From assembly GCA_965208675.1 (NCBI GenBank), contig OZ242351.1, positions 32,001 through 96,000 on the forward strand: a stretch of DNA of 64,000 nt, given 5' to 3'. Both the position numbers and the translations under genes were made by a program. The notes beneath the pieces are model-generated. The model did not search any database. It was given only the letters and a program-made list of their open reading frames with translations, and was not told the DNA's origin. Shown here one piece after another: positions 29,044-39,187 of the stretch. How positions within the stretch are numbered: position 1 is the first letter of the stretch; each line of letters begins with the position of its first letter. This DNA is from Candidatus Poribacteria bacterium (GTDB lineage Bacteria > Poribacteria > WGA-4E > PCPOR2b).

Positions 29044-29601
29044 ATGCAAATGCATATTACCGGTCGTCATGTTGAGGTTACGGATGATGTTCGAAGCTAT
29101 GTTGAAAAACGCGTGAAGAAAATTGAAGCCATATTTAATCGTATCATCGATTTGCAGGTGGTTATTGAACTGGAAAAAAATCGATATTTTGCTGAAATTA
29201 TTCTCGCAACGGCGAAGGCGACATTTCACGCTCAAGGCGAAACCCATGACATCTTTTCTAGTCTAGATGCTGTTATGGACAAAATAGAACGGCAGATTCG
29301 ACGTCACAAGGAAAGAATAAAGGATTGGCGCCGCCGCACACCGCAGGATCGTGCTGCAGCGGAGTTAAAAGATGCGGCCGATCACGAGGATATCAGTGCT
29401 TCGCCAGGTGTCTCGCCTCAAATTGTTAGTGTTCCGGAGAAATTTGCGTCTAAACCGATGACTGTAGAAGAAGCTGTAATGCAAATGAGTACGTCTAATG
29501 AGGCGCTTCTGCTTTTCTTAAATGCCGAAACAAACCAGATTAACCTTGTTTATGAACATGAGAGCAGAGGATACGGCTGGGTCGAACCGCAATTCACATA
29601 A
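29044..29601 (+). CDS. hpf: Ribosome hibernation promoting factor (long HPF)
   Basis: ITGRHVEVT, KIERQIRRHK, KPMTVEEAVMQM; GGAGG RBS. Confidence 0.92.
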   Translation: MQMHITGRHVEVTDDVRSYVEKRVKKIEAIFNRIIDLQVVIELEKNRYFAEIILATAKATFHAQGETHDIFSSLDAVMDKIERQIRRHKERIKDWRRRTPQDRAAAELKDAADHEDISASPGVSPQIVSVPEKFASKPMTVEEAVMQMSTSNEALLLFLNAETNQINLVYEHESRGYGWVEPQFT

Positions 29602-29639
29602 AATGTGTATGCGGCAAGACAGACTGGCGGAGGCTTAAA

Positions 29640-30653
29640 ATGCCAAATACGATGACCGTTCGTAAACTGATTCGATATGCAGGTTACGAACTACAACTAG
29701 AGGTTGCTGCGGGATCTGAAGGATTAGATCGATTAATCGAGACCGCAGAGTCTAACCGTCCCGGTCTGGCGCTCTGCGGGCATTATCAACATTTTGGTTA
29801 TAATCGCGTGCAAATCTTTGGGCAAGGCGAAATATCGTATTTGGAAAGCCTTAATTCATCCATGCGTGCTGAAAACTTAGAGGAATTGTCTTCATATCCA
29901 ATTCCTTGTGTGGTGGTGACAAGCGGCTCTCCGGTGCCTCCGGAACTTGCGGCTATCGGCAATCAAAACAACATCCCGATTTTAACCACAAGCTTATCTT
30001 CCTCTGTCTTTACCACGCGATTGCTGCTATTCTTAGAGGATGAGTTTGGTCCTGCCGAATATGTCCATGGAAATTTGGTTGATGTCTTTGGCGTGGGCGT
30101 GCTAATTTTAGGTAAAAGTGGAATCGGTAAAAGTGAATGTACACTTGAGCTCTTGCAAAGAGGACACCGTTTAATTGCGGATGACAGCGTTTTGTTAAAG
30201 CGAGTTTCAGGGCATCGTGTTTTTGGGATACGGATGCAGCCGCTAAGGCACTACATGGAGGTTCGCGGTCTAGGAATTATTGATGTTATCACGTTGTTTG
30301 GAGTGACGGCAGTAGGCAATCGCAAACAGGTAGAGCTTGTCGTAACCCTTGAAATTTGGGATGAAAACAAAAAATACAATCGAACAGGACTTGATGAGGA
30401 TTTCTACAGTCTACACAACGAGAGTATCCCCCATACCGTCATCCCAGTGGGGCCCGGAAGAAACCTTTCGAATTTGGTGGAGGTTGCCGCTATGAACCTT
30501 TGGGGCAAAAAACTGGGATTTCATGCCGAAAAGGATTTGAATCAAGCGATTGCTGATATGATGCATACCAAAAATGAGGAAATAGTTCTTGATGAATGGC
30601 AACATGAAGCACTCCATCAGGGAGTAATTCATCCGACAGAATCAGAAACTTAA
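29640..30653 (+). CDS. hprK: HPr(Ser) kinase/phosphorylase
   Basis: NRPGLAL, HGNLVDVFGVGVLILGKSGIGKSE, LIADD, EVRGLGII, PGRNL. Confidence 0.95.
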   Translation: MPNTMTVRKLIRYAGYELQLEVAAGSEGLDRLIETAESNRPGLALCGHYQHFGYNRVQIFGQGEISYLESLNSSMRAENLEELSSYPIPCVVVTSGSPVPPELAAIGNQNNIPILTTSLSSSVFTTRLLLFLEDEFGPAEYVHGNLVDVFGVGVLILGKSGIGKSECTLELLQRGHRLIADDSVLLKRVSGHRVFGIRMQPLRHYMEVRGLGIIDVITLFGVTAVGNRKQVELVVTLEIWDENKKYNRTGLDEDFYSLHNESIPHTVIPVGPGRNLSNLVEVAAMNLWGKKLGFHAEKDLNQAIADMMHTKNEEIVLDEWQHEALHQGVIHPTESET

Positions 30654-30817
30654 ATGTGTTAATGGTTGCATAGTGATGCCATCGCCTCAGTCTTTTTAAT
30701 TGATGATTTGAGGTCGGCGAAATTGGGAATGGAAAAAAGTGCCATGCTTTAACATTGCAACGGTCGTAATGAAAACAGGTCTGTGTGCTTTCCGTGATTC
30801 ATGGCTTGGCAGCGTTT

Positions 30818-31084
30818 ATGCTTGATAAAGTGGTGACAATCAGTAATTCACTCGGTTTGCATTTACGGGCGGCAGGGTTGTTTGCTCAAGTCGCGAATCG
30901 GTATGTTTCAAATATTTATGTAAAAAAAGGCTCTATGAAGGTGAACGCCAAGAGTACTATGGGAGTAATGATGTTGGCAGCAGGCGAAGGCACCCAACTC
31001 ATTCTCATCGCGGATGGTGCTGATGAAATAGAAGCGATCGACGCGCTGACAGAATTAGTCGAATCCGGGTTTAACGAAGTATGA
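30818..31084 (+). CDS. ptsH: HPr phosphocarrier protein
   Basis: GLHLRAA (His15), NAKSTMGVMML (Ser46). Confidence 0.92.
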   Translation: MLDKVVTISNSLGLHLRAAGLFAQVANRYVSNIYVKKGSMKVNAKSTMGVMMLAAGEGTQLILIADGADEIEAIDALTELVESGFNEV

Positions 31085-31237
31085 ATATCCCTTTATTTCG
31101 CCCTACCGAATTACAATTTTCGCGATGTACTCCCGTGAAATTTTTCAGCTAACAAGCCTACCAATCTCAGCCAAATTCGCGAGTTGCGGCATATTCTGAC
31201 CATACCATCCCTGCCTACAGTCCTACAAGAGACAACA

Positions 31238-31290
31238 GGGCAACCACAAGGGTTTCCCCTACAAGATTTGAAGAGGGGCAGGTCTTGTAC
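31238..31290. repeat. REP-like palindrome pair
   Basis: Minus strand GTAGGGGAAACCCTTGTGGTTGCCC plus a degenerate plus-strand partner AGGGGCAGGTCTTGTACTGCCC. Confidence 0.6.
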
Positions 31291-31354
31291 TGCCCACAAT
31301 GCTCTCAATGACTTTATTGGGTCAATTTGAATCACTGTTTAATATGAGTTTCAA

Positions 31355-31522
31355 ATGCCCACTCCCGACACCAAAACGGCGGATAATTCTACCGCCAGTA
31401 AATTCGTCATTAAAATCCTTAACACCAAGCGCATCTACCCGGGCGCGGCTATGTCTAAACTTGAAAATGAAATTGATCCCGTGATATACTCACTAATCAA
31501 TGTCACGGGCGAAGAAATTGCG
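31355..31522 (+). pseudogene. Remnant C-terminus of a type IIG (Eco57I-like) restriction-modification enzyme
   Basis: KILNTKRIYPGAAMSKLENEIDPVIYSLINVTGEEIA resembles the recalled ILxxKxxDPxADTSxLExEIDxLVYxLYxLTxEEI tail. Confidence 0.55.
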
Positions 31523-31613
31523 AATTCGCAGGAAAACTCCGTCTTAGTTAGAGATTCAACAGATACGGCGGATTGCACCGATTTAATAATCCGTGTCATC
31601 CTAAGGTAGAAAA

Positions 31614-32486
31614 ATGGATAACATCATGGGGTTTAGGCAGAAATGCTTAAATTTGGGCATTAAAATCTTGTACATGGCGATTGGTACGCTTTTGGCTTTG
31701 GGCTGTGAAAAAAACAGTGGGTCGTCATCACAGCATACTGCAATCCCGTCGAATAATACGACGGAAATGGTTGAAAAGCCTTCGGCACCCGAAAGTGGAA
31801 CCGCCGCGGAGGCGGACGAACTCTCCTTTGAACTAGTCGAGAGTATAAAGTTCGGAGACGGCACCGAAGTGAAGTCCATCGCCAAAGCCGATATTGAAGC
31901 GCTTCAAGACCGGCCTATTCATATGGGAGGCAACGACACCGATGGCGTAACGTTAACGAACGAAAAAGACGAAAAGGTTCATGTGCGTACCTGCAGAGAG
32001 TATGATTCTGCAATTCAGCACGGCTACTTCCCTTCCACAACTTACGATATCTCAATGGCATCGTGGTTTAATATTCCTTGCGGAACCCTCAATTTACTTC
32101 AGGCAGCAGCGATGCCGCAGCAGAGTTTTATCTCAAAACCTAATGCCGGAATCACCGATTTAGAATTGCTTCCCCTTTCGTTATTTCCTGACCTGTTTGA
32201 ATTCGAACAGAATATTGAGAACGTGACATATCAGGATCAGGTGGAAAAGGGGTTGCTCAAGGTGACGGGCAAAGGTGAAAACTGGTTGCACTGCGAGGAC
32301 GATGGGTTGAAGCAACATTTGACTGAAGTGGCACGCGCTGACTTCAATAGCGACGGTATTGAAGATATCCTGCTCTCTGAGGGCGTCTCTGCTACACAAG
32401 GTTCATTCCGCAGCTACAAGATTACCATCTTAACTAGGAAATCAGTGGACGGAAAGTTCGAAAAGGTGCCATCGCACCAGCCCTAA
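31614..32486 (+). CDS. Hypothetical lipoprotein
   Basis: LLALGC lipobox, low-complexity linker, DFNSDGIEDI calcium-binding-like loop. Confidence 0.7.
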   Translation: MDNIMGFRQKCLNLGIKILYMAIGTLLALGCEKNSGSSSQHTAIPSNNTTEMVEKPSAPESGTAAEADELSFELVESIKFGDGTEVKSIAKADIEALQDRPIHMGGNDTDGVTLTNEKDEKVHVRTCREYDSAIQHGYFPSTTYDISMASWFNIPCGTLNLLQAAAMPQQSFISKPNAGITDLELLPLSLFPDLFEFEQNIENVTYQDQVEKGLLKVTGKGENWLHCEDDGLKQHLTEVARADFNSDGIEDILLSEGVSATQGSFRSYKITILTRKSVDGKFEKVPSHQP

Positions 32487-32663
32487 TTTAGCAAAACCAC
32501 AAGTCATTTTTTGCACTGCGGCAGGTGCGGTTTCTTCGCCGAACTGGGATTCATTCGGTCCGCCGGTGCGGTTGGAAACCACACCGACCGAAACCAGTGA
32601 AATTATGAATGGATCTGACTGTAGTCTTCCTTGATCGCGCATTGGGAGAAAAAAGGCAAATTT

Positions 32664-35306
32664 ATGACAGATATTCCAAGTGCTTACTCACCGCATGAAA
32701 TCGAAAAGAAATGGTATACATTCTGGTTGAATAAAGGTTACTTTCGCGCCGCAGATAAATCGGATCGCCCGCCCTATTCAATCGTCATCCCGCCGCCAAA
32801 CATCACCGGGAACCTCCACGTCGGCCATACGCTGAATAATTCATTGCAAGATGCGCTCATCCGCTGGCGTAAATTGCAGGGTTACAATACACTGTGGATG
32901 CCGGGCGTTGACCACGCAGGCATCGGTACAGAGATAATCATGGAGCGAAAACTTGCCGAAACGGGAACGAGCCGGGATGCACTGGGGCGAGAAAAGTTTA
33001 CCGAACGGATGTGGAATTGGAAGGCGGAAACGCACTCAACTATCAGAGAGCAACTTGGACAGCTTGGTTGTGCTTGTGATTGGGCGCGGGAGCGGTTTAC
33101 GATGGATGAAGGACTCTCAAAAGCTGTCCGCACTGCGTTCGTCAAGTTGTATGACGACGGTCTCATTTATCTCAGTACGAACCTCACCAACTGGTGCCCG
33201 AATTGCCGCACTGGAATCTCCGATCTGGAAGTCAACCCTGTCGAAATTGACGGGAATCTCTACCACATCAACTATCCAATCGAAGGATCGGGCGAATTCC
33301 TTGAAATTGCGACTACCCGACCGGAAACGATGCTTGGCGATACAGCGGTTGCTGTGCATCCTGAAGACCATCGGTATCAGCATCTCATTGGCAAGACCGT
33401 GATACTCCCAATTCTTGAACGTAAACTGCCGGTCATCGCCGACGAATACGTGGACCGCGAATTCGGCGTCGGCGCGCTAAAAGTCACACCCGCACACGAT
33501 CCCAACGACTACGAAATTGGTCACCGACACAATCTGAAACAGATGAACATCCTCAATCCCGACGGCACACTGAACGAAAACGCCGGGCAAGCATACCGCG
33601 GCATGGATCGATTTGCCTGTCGAGAAAAACTTGTTGAGGATTTGGACGAACGCGGATACTTAATCAAGATTCTGCCGCATCGCCACACGGTAGGGCATCA
33701 CGAACGGTGCAATCAAATCATTGAACCGTACATTGCGCCGCAATGGTACCTGAACGTCAAGCCGATGGCAGAACGCGCCATTGAGGCCGTCCGGAAAGGC
33801 GAAATCGTCATTCTTCCGAAACGTGAAGAAAAACGCTTCTTTCAGTGGATGGAAGACATCGAGCCGTGGCCGATTTCACGTCAGCGTTGGTGGGGGCATC
33901 TCTTACCGATGTGGCACTGCCATGATTGCGGTGAGATTACTGTAGCCATTAATACTCCGCACTGTTGCCCTCATTGCGGTTCAGAAAACTTTAGTCAGAG
34001 CGAGGAAGTGCTAGACACTTGGTTCAGTTCAGCGCTCTGGCCATTTTCCACAATGGGATGGCCAGATGAAACTCCCCTCCTGGATACATTTTATCCAACT
34101 TCCGTACTGGTTACCGGCTGGGACATCCTCTTCTTCTGGGTTTCGCGCATGACGATGTTTGGTCTACAGTTTATGGATGAGGTGCCGTTCCGCCACGTCT
34201 ACCTTCACGCATTAGTCGCCGATGAACAAGGACAAAAACAGAGTAAATCGAAGGGCAACGCCATAGATCCCGTGCCAACGATTCAAGAGTACGGGGCAGA
34301 CGGTTTTCGGTTCGCGCTCAGCTATTCAAACGTACCTAATCCTTATATCGCTTTAGGGCAACCTCAGATTGAAGCGGGGAAACGGTTCGCAAACAAGATT
34401 TGGAATGCTTCTCGATTTCTACTAATGAATCTTGATGACTATGACAGTTTTGAGCCCGTTGGCGGCAATTTTCTCCTTTGCGACCGATGGATTCGTAGTC
34501 GGTTTAATCACACCGTAAACGATGTTACAGCCGCCTTCGAAGAGTACCGATTCAGCGATGCGGCGCACGCACTGTATGAATTTTTGTGGCACGAATTCTG
34601 TGATTGGTATATCGAAATCATCAAGCAACGGTTGTATTACATGGACCAACCCGATGCGAAACACACGGCGCAAACTGTCGCCGCCCAAATCCTCGAAAGT
34701 ACGATGCGCCTGCTCCACCCCATGATGCCGTTCATCACTGAAGAAATTTGGCAGCAACTCCCCCATCAGGGAAAGAGCATTTTAGACGCCAGTTGGCCAA
34801 CGCCCGATGCCGCGCTGGATGATTTAGAGTCTGAAAATGCCATGAAAACCATCATGAGTGTTATCGACAGTATTCGCAGCATCCGTGGTGAAATGAATGT
34901 CCCGCCAGCCAGCGAAATCGAGGTGCTGATTCAAGCTCCGGACGCTGATACTCGCGAACTCCTAACGAATCACCTGGAAGAATATCTTCCGGCGTTCACA
35001 CGATTCTCAAGAATCTCTACCGCGGCGCACCAATCGAAACCTGATGCCGCCGCCGCCGCGGTGATTGGCGAGATTGTGGTTTATATCCCGCTTGCGGGAC
35101 TAATTGACATTGAGAAGGAAAAAACGCGTTTACAAAAACGGATGGACAAGGTAATTAAGGATTTAGACAGCACCCAGAAAACACTCGACAATCCGAACTT
35201 CATTGAACGGGCACCGGAGGCAGTTGTCGAACAGAGGCGCGCTCGATTTGAGGCGCTTGAATCGGAGAAGGAGAAGTTAGATGCGAATCTGCGGATGTTG
35301 GCGTGA
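32664..35306 (+). CDS. valS: Valine--tRNA ligase
   Basis: PPPNITGNLHVGH, DHAGI, ATTRPET, DTWFSS, KQSKS, C-terminal coiled coil. Confidence 0.98.
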   Translation: MTDIPSAYSPHEIEKKWYTFWLNKGYFRAADKSDRPPYSIVIPPPNITGNLHVGHTLNNSLQDALIRWRKLQGYNTLWMPGVDHAGIGTEIIMERKLAETGTSRDALGREKFTERMWNWKAETHSTIREQLGQLGCACDWARERFTMDEGLSKAVRTAFVKLYDDGLIYLSTNLTNWCPNCRTGISDLEVNPVEIDGNLYHINYPIEGSGEFLEIATTRPETMLGDTAVAVHPEDHRYQHLIGKTVILPILERKLPVIADEYVDREFGVGALKVTPAHDPNDYEIGHRHNLKQMNILNPDGTLNENAGQAYRGMDRFACREKLVEDLDERGYLIKILPHRHTVGHHERCNQIIEPYIAPQWYLNVKPMAERAIEAVRKGEIVILPKREEKRFFQWMEDIEPWPISRQRWWGHLLPMWHCHDCGEITVAINTPHCCPHCGSENFSQSEEVLDTWFSSALWPFSTMGWPDETPLLDTFYPTSVLVTGWDILFFWVSRMTMFGLQFMDEVPFRHVYLHALVADEQGQKQSKSKGNAIDPVPTIQEYGADGFRFALSYSNVPNPYIALGQPQIEAGKRFANKIWNASRFLLMNLDDYDSFEPVGGNFLLCDRWIRSRFNHTVNDVTAAFEEYRFSDAAHALYEFLWHEFCDWYIEIIKQRLYYMDQPDAKHTAQTVAAQILESTMRLLHPMMPFITEEIWQQLPHQGKSILDASWPTPDAALDDLESENAMKTIMSVIDSIRSIRGEMNVPPASEIEVLIQAPDADTRELLTNHLEEYLPAFTRFSRISTAAHQSKPDAAAAAVIGEIVVYIPLAGLIDIEKEKTRLQKRMDKVIKDLDSTQKTLDNPNFIERAPEAVVEQRRARFEALESEKEKLDANLRMLA

Positions 35307-35405
35307 ATTGTGAAGGGAAGCTTGGCGTGGTATGAATGGGAATACTGAGCGGCAGGATTTAGGAGCCGTTGTGAACTTCTCTACGCTACTCTTCAATGTT
35401 AACGG

Positions 35406-36866
35406 TTATCTCTGTTGAGGCTGGGTACGCTTGTTCGGCAGGGCGAGCCGCGGGTGCCGCCCCAACTTTTTCAGTAGTGTATCAACTTCTTTGCCGTATG
35501 TATTGAAAGGATCCTGCATTTCAAATGGGTCTTCATGAGTAAAGTAAATTTGATGCCAATCAACAATGCAAGGCAAGCGATTTTGGGATAGATAACGCAT
35601 CACCTGCGTTCGTGCTTTTGCTCTTGTGTCCTCGGGGGCATTCTGGATTGCTATATTAAGTTGCTGATCGCTTGTTACCCTCCTGGCATGACCTTGATTC
35701 TCCAATTCGTAATAAAGTCCCTTTTCCGGATGCATGTGGTGATACTGAAGATCGAGGCTCTCAAGCCATGGATCGTCCCAATCCAATCCTTCCTCCGCCA
35801 TGAAGGTTTCAAGCAGCCACTTTTTTGCTACCCAATCCACCCGATCAGTTAAACGCTCCCAATCCGTTTCTAAGTCGTCCAAGACACATTCCCATTCGGT
35901 CAAAACCCAATCAGTGTCTTCATCCCGACCCTTTAGTAACTTCTGCGCCAGATTTAGGTACTCTCGCTGCAGATCGACGGCGGAGATAGTTCCTCCCGAA
36001 TCTAACTCGACCATCCACTTAAACGTCTGATCTCGCGAAATCTGTTTTATGGCTTGAACCGGATTAAGAAGGCTCAAATCGCGGGGACGATGCCCTTCTT
36101 CAATCAGATCAAGGATTAAAGACGTCGTGCCGACCTTCAAGGCAGTTACGTATTCAGACATGTTGGAATCACCAACGAGCAGATGGAGACGTCGATATTT
36201 GGTGTGGTCGCCTAGCGGTTCATCTCGAGTGTTGATGATTGCACGGCTAAACTGGATCCATTCATAAATTTCTGTGACGATGTGATCTGCACGTTGAGAA
36301 ATTTGGAAACCTACAAAGTCGTCGCGGCGGCAATGGGCATCTCCAAACTCAAGAATCTCTTCGTGTCCGCCCACGCGACCTGCGCCCGCAAAAATCTGCC
36401 GTGTAACAAAAAAGGGCATCAATGTCGGAATTACAACCTTGTAGAAAGGAATATCCCGCCGGAGTTGGTAATTTTCATGGCATCCGAATGTCGCCCCGGT
36501 GAGGTGATCCACGTTATTCTTGAAAAAAGAAACTTCTTCACCTAACCCAATGTCGTTTAGAACGTCAGCGAGCAACCGTTCAATAGATTTATCGTAAGCG
36601 AGAAGATCGAAGAGCTTAACGCATTCCGGCGTTGCATATTCCAGATGACCCATATCAATATACAGCCGCCCTCCATTGAACAGGAAACCGCCGTTGCCCG
36701 GCGGTTCGCCCCAGTCACGATAGTGCATGTCAGAGATACCGAGTTTTAACTCGTGGAAAACATAATCTCTGACTCTGGCAGCGACCCCTTCAGGCGTGCC
36801 AAAGGATTGGTCGATGTTCGCCAAACATCCATATTCCGTTTCAATTCCAAATATGCGTCTACTCAC
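35406..36866 (-). CDS. pafA: PafA-family ligase (UBact/Pup conjugation)
   Basis: RIFGIETEYG, NGGRLYIDMGHLEYATPEC, GCHENY, SQRADH, INTRDEP. Confidence 0.88.
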   Translation of the reverse strand: MSRRIFGIETEYGCLANIDQSFGTPEGVAARVRDYVFHELKLGISDMHYRDWGEPPGNGGFLFNGGRLYIDMGHLEYATPECVKLFDLLAYDKSIERLLADVLNDIGLGEEVSFFKNNVDHLTGATFGCHENYQLRRDIPFYKVVIPTLMPFFVTRQIFAGAGRVGGHEEILEFGDAHCRRDDFVGFQISQRADHIVTEIYEWIQFSRAIINTRDEPLGDHTKYRRLHLLVGDSNMSEYVTALKVGTTSLILDLIEEGHRPRDLSLLNPVQAIKQISRDQTFKWMVELDSGGTISAVDLQREYLNLAQKLLKGRDEDTDWVLTEWECVLDDLETDWERLTDRVDWVAKKWLLETFMAEEGLDWDDPWLESLDLQYHHMHPEKGLYYELENQGHARRVTSDQQLNIAIQNAPEDTRAKARTQVMRYLSQNRLPCIVDWHQIYFTHEDPFEMQDPFNTYGKEVDTLLKKLGRHPRLALPNKRTQPQQR

Positions 36867-36885
36867 AACATCCCCTCACAGCGGG

Positions 36886-37722
36886 CTAAAGCCAATCTGC
36901 AATAGCTGCATCAATCTCTTCCGCAGAAATCGATCGAAATTTGCTATTGCTTCGGCGGGATTCCTGCAAGACACCTACATTAATCTGCCCTAGATTCAAC
37001 TCTTTTTTGAGCACGCCGTGTATGTGCTCTCTGTCCATATTAATTTTACCGGAATTCTCCTCGTCGCAGCGGCTGTTACTATCCTCAGCTTGTCCCGAAT
37101 CTTCCGTCCCGATATAGTTCGAATTTTCACCGTTCGGGCTTACATCCCAACCCACTGCCCACGCTTCTAGACCCAATCGCAACGCGGACGTAAACGAAAG
37201 GCCGGCTGAATTCGAGTTTGATAAGTAATTTTTCATCGCCGTTTCAACTTCCTCTGTGCCGCCAATAACTTCCGCCGACTGATTTGGCCGAGTTGTGCCA
37301 TCGTAGTTTAGCGCAACGAATTGATGTCCTTGTCCATGGCTGCCCAGTTCAGCCAGCAACATTTTTATGATATAAGCGGATGCAAAAACGGCTTCAAAGG
37401 CCTGTTTTATAGTAGGTCCCAGTACAAAATTTGAGAGTCGGTGCAGAGTGACATCATCCACCGAACTTTGAAATCCTTGTACTGATGCTGTATCTGTTGC
37501 CAGCATGCGCAATCGTTCAATATCTGCCGTGTGTCCAATAGCAGACAGCGCAAGGCGGTCGTGGACTTCGAAGATTTTGCGCTGACCGCGCCCGATTGTC
37601 AAAAGCAACATACCCTCATCGTAGCTTAATCCAATTACAGGGCTTCCCATTCGAAGTTGGTCTTCAATGTAGTCGCGCCGATTGTTGATTGCTTCAATCC
37701 AGCGATATGGCTCATCCAACAT
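36886..37722 (-). CDS. prcA: 20S proteasome alpha subunit
   Basis: GSPVIGL, RKIFEVHDRLALSAIG; position between prcB and pafA. Confidence 0.85.
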   Translation of the reverse strand: MLDEPYRWIEAINNRRDYIEDQLRMGSPVIGLSYDEGMLLLTIGRGQRKIFEVHDRLALSAIGHTADIERLRMLATDTASVQGFQSSVDDVTLHRLSNFVLGPTIKQAFEAVFASAYIIKMLLAELGSHGQGHQFVALNYDGTTRPNQSAEVIGGTEEVETAMKNYLSNSNSAGLSFTSALRLGLEAWAVGWDVSPNGENSNYIGTEDSGQAEDSNSRCDEENSGKINMDREHIHGVLKKELNLGQINVGVLQESRRSNSKFRSISAEEIDAAIADWL

Positions 37723-38518
37723 GGTCTGTCTCAACGGATTGACTATAGATTTGGCTCAATTGTTCAACCGAAAGATCGCGAATCCCGTCTTTGGTAATAG
37801 TTTTAACAGTTGGGAAAATTTTCGATTTTGGATTGTATCCGCTTGTCGCGGAATCATATTCCGAAGCAGCATCAAGAAGTCTTAAGATATTGATTGTAGC
37901 CTGACGCTCGTCCATTTCGATAAGACGAATATCTCCCCAGCGATTCACATGGTACAACACACCCCGAATCCACACGGAACCAGAACCGGACGTTGCAAAA
38001 TCTGCGCTTTCAAAGTGAGCACCGAGCGCATCGTAAAAAAAGATTTGCCCCCCGTTTGTACCTCCGCTCTGCAGATTATAGACGGCGAAGATTGGAATTA
38101 CGCCTCCAATGCCTTGCAACGCCATTGGCAAATTCTCGCGAATCAGGCGGGAGAGCATTCGAAGCTTACCCTCAATGCTCAACTCTTGAAGCTGGCTGCG
38201 GCGAAAATACTGGAACGAATGTTCTAACACACGCGCCATTTCATAAGCCACAGCAGGCGCTCCCGAGATGGCTAAAACGGAAAATTCATCGATTTGCAGG
38301 ACTTTTTCCGCGCGATCATAAATGACCGCTGTGCCCGCGGTCGCACGTCGATCGCCGCCGATGATGACACCGTCCTTGTACCGCGTCGCGACTACTGTTG
38401 TACCTTCTGTCCATTCGGGGTGATTCGAAGGGGTGTTTATAAATCCGGCAGGCGGATCAATCTGAATCTGGCAGTCATGTGCTTTCAAGAGATCAAGAAA
38501 ATCACCCTTATACTCCAT
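37712..38518 (-). CDS. prcB: 20S proteasome beta subunit
   Basis: 39-aa propeptide then G|TTVVA (catalytic Thr1), GDRRATAG, SGSGS. Confidence 0.92.
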   Translation of the reverse strand: MEYKGDFLDLLKAHDCQIQIDPPAGFINTPSNHPEWTEGTTVVATRYKDGVIIGGDRRATAGTAVIYDRAEKVLQIDEFSVLAISGAPAVAYEMARVLEHSFQYFRRSQLQELSIEGKLRMLSRLIRENLPMALQGIGGVIPIFAVYNLQSGGTNGGQIFFYDALGAHFESADFATSGSGSVWIRGVLYHVNRWGDIRLIEMDERQATINILRLLDAASEYDSATSGYNPKSKIFPTVKTITKDGIRDLSVEQLSQIYSQSVETDHVG

Positions 38519-38520
38519 GC

Positions 38521-38721
38521 CTATTCACCTGTTCGCTGACGATAACGCCGCGATTGATCTTTATCAACGCGCTTCATCCGGCGGAGCAACTCTTTTGTGT
38601 CTGGCTTATTGACATCCGGACGTTTCGGCCCCTCATCTTCACCATCGCCGCCGCCGCTATCAAGCGGCTTTGTGGGCCTCCGGATGCGGTCTCGAAAAAG
38701 GGCAATATCATATGTAGTCAT
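38521..38721 (-). CDS. ubact: Ubiquitin-like modifier UBact
   Basis: 66-aa charged, probably disordered protein ending YRQRTGE (R[ST]G[EQ] signature); AGGAGG RBS; directly upstream of prcB. Confidence 0.9.
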   Translation of the reverse strand: MTTYDIALFRDRIRRPTKPLDSGGGDGEDEGPKRPDVNKPDTKELLRRMKRVDKDQSRRYRQRTGE

Positions 38722-39187
38722 GCGTATTACCTCCTGTAAGGAAATTGATGGATTTGGCAACCCCGACAGTCATCCTATATATCTTCTAGGTTACGATTTT
38801 ATCTGAATTTTACAAGTCAGCTACTCAATTGCAACGAGAATATTGACTTTGTAAAACTAGGGGGTGTTGACATTTGGCATCCCGTAGGTTGAATTGAACG
38901 GTTAAACGGCAGTCTTTATCAAGTACAAAGGAATCTTTTGTAACACAATCTGTTAGATTGTGATCCGAGCCCGCAAATTAACAGTTTGCGCTACTTATAT
39001 CAGATTATCCAATGGTGACAACGTTTGCCGAATCAGTAGCCTCGAAATGTCAACAGAACCTAGTATAATTAACTTTCGGTATATACAATTCAACTTGGGA
39101 AAACGAATTTTGCATTCGTTATACACGTGATACACCCGTTGTGCTACCCACGTTGAAAAATCTCTTGCTGCGGCAGCCTGCCTCTCC

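Noticed and set aside
28567-29247. Long antisense ORFs (this 226-aa ORF and similar ones opposite core genes)
   Set aside because: Shadow ORFs of well-supported genes on the opposite strand.
34236-34255. ValS KQSKS instead of KMSKS
   Set aside because: A single substitution that keeps the catalytic lysine; within normal variation.
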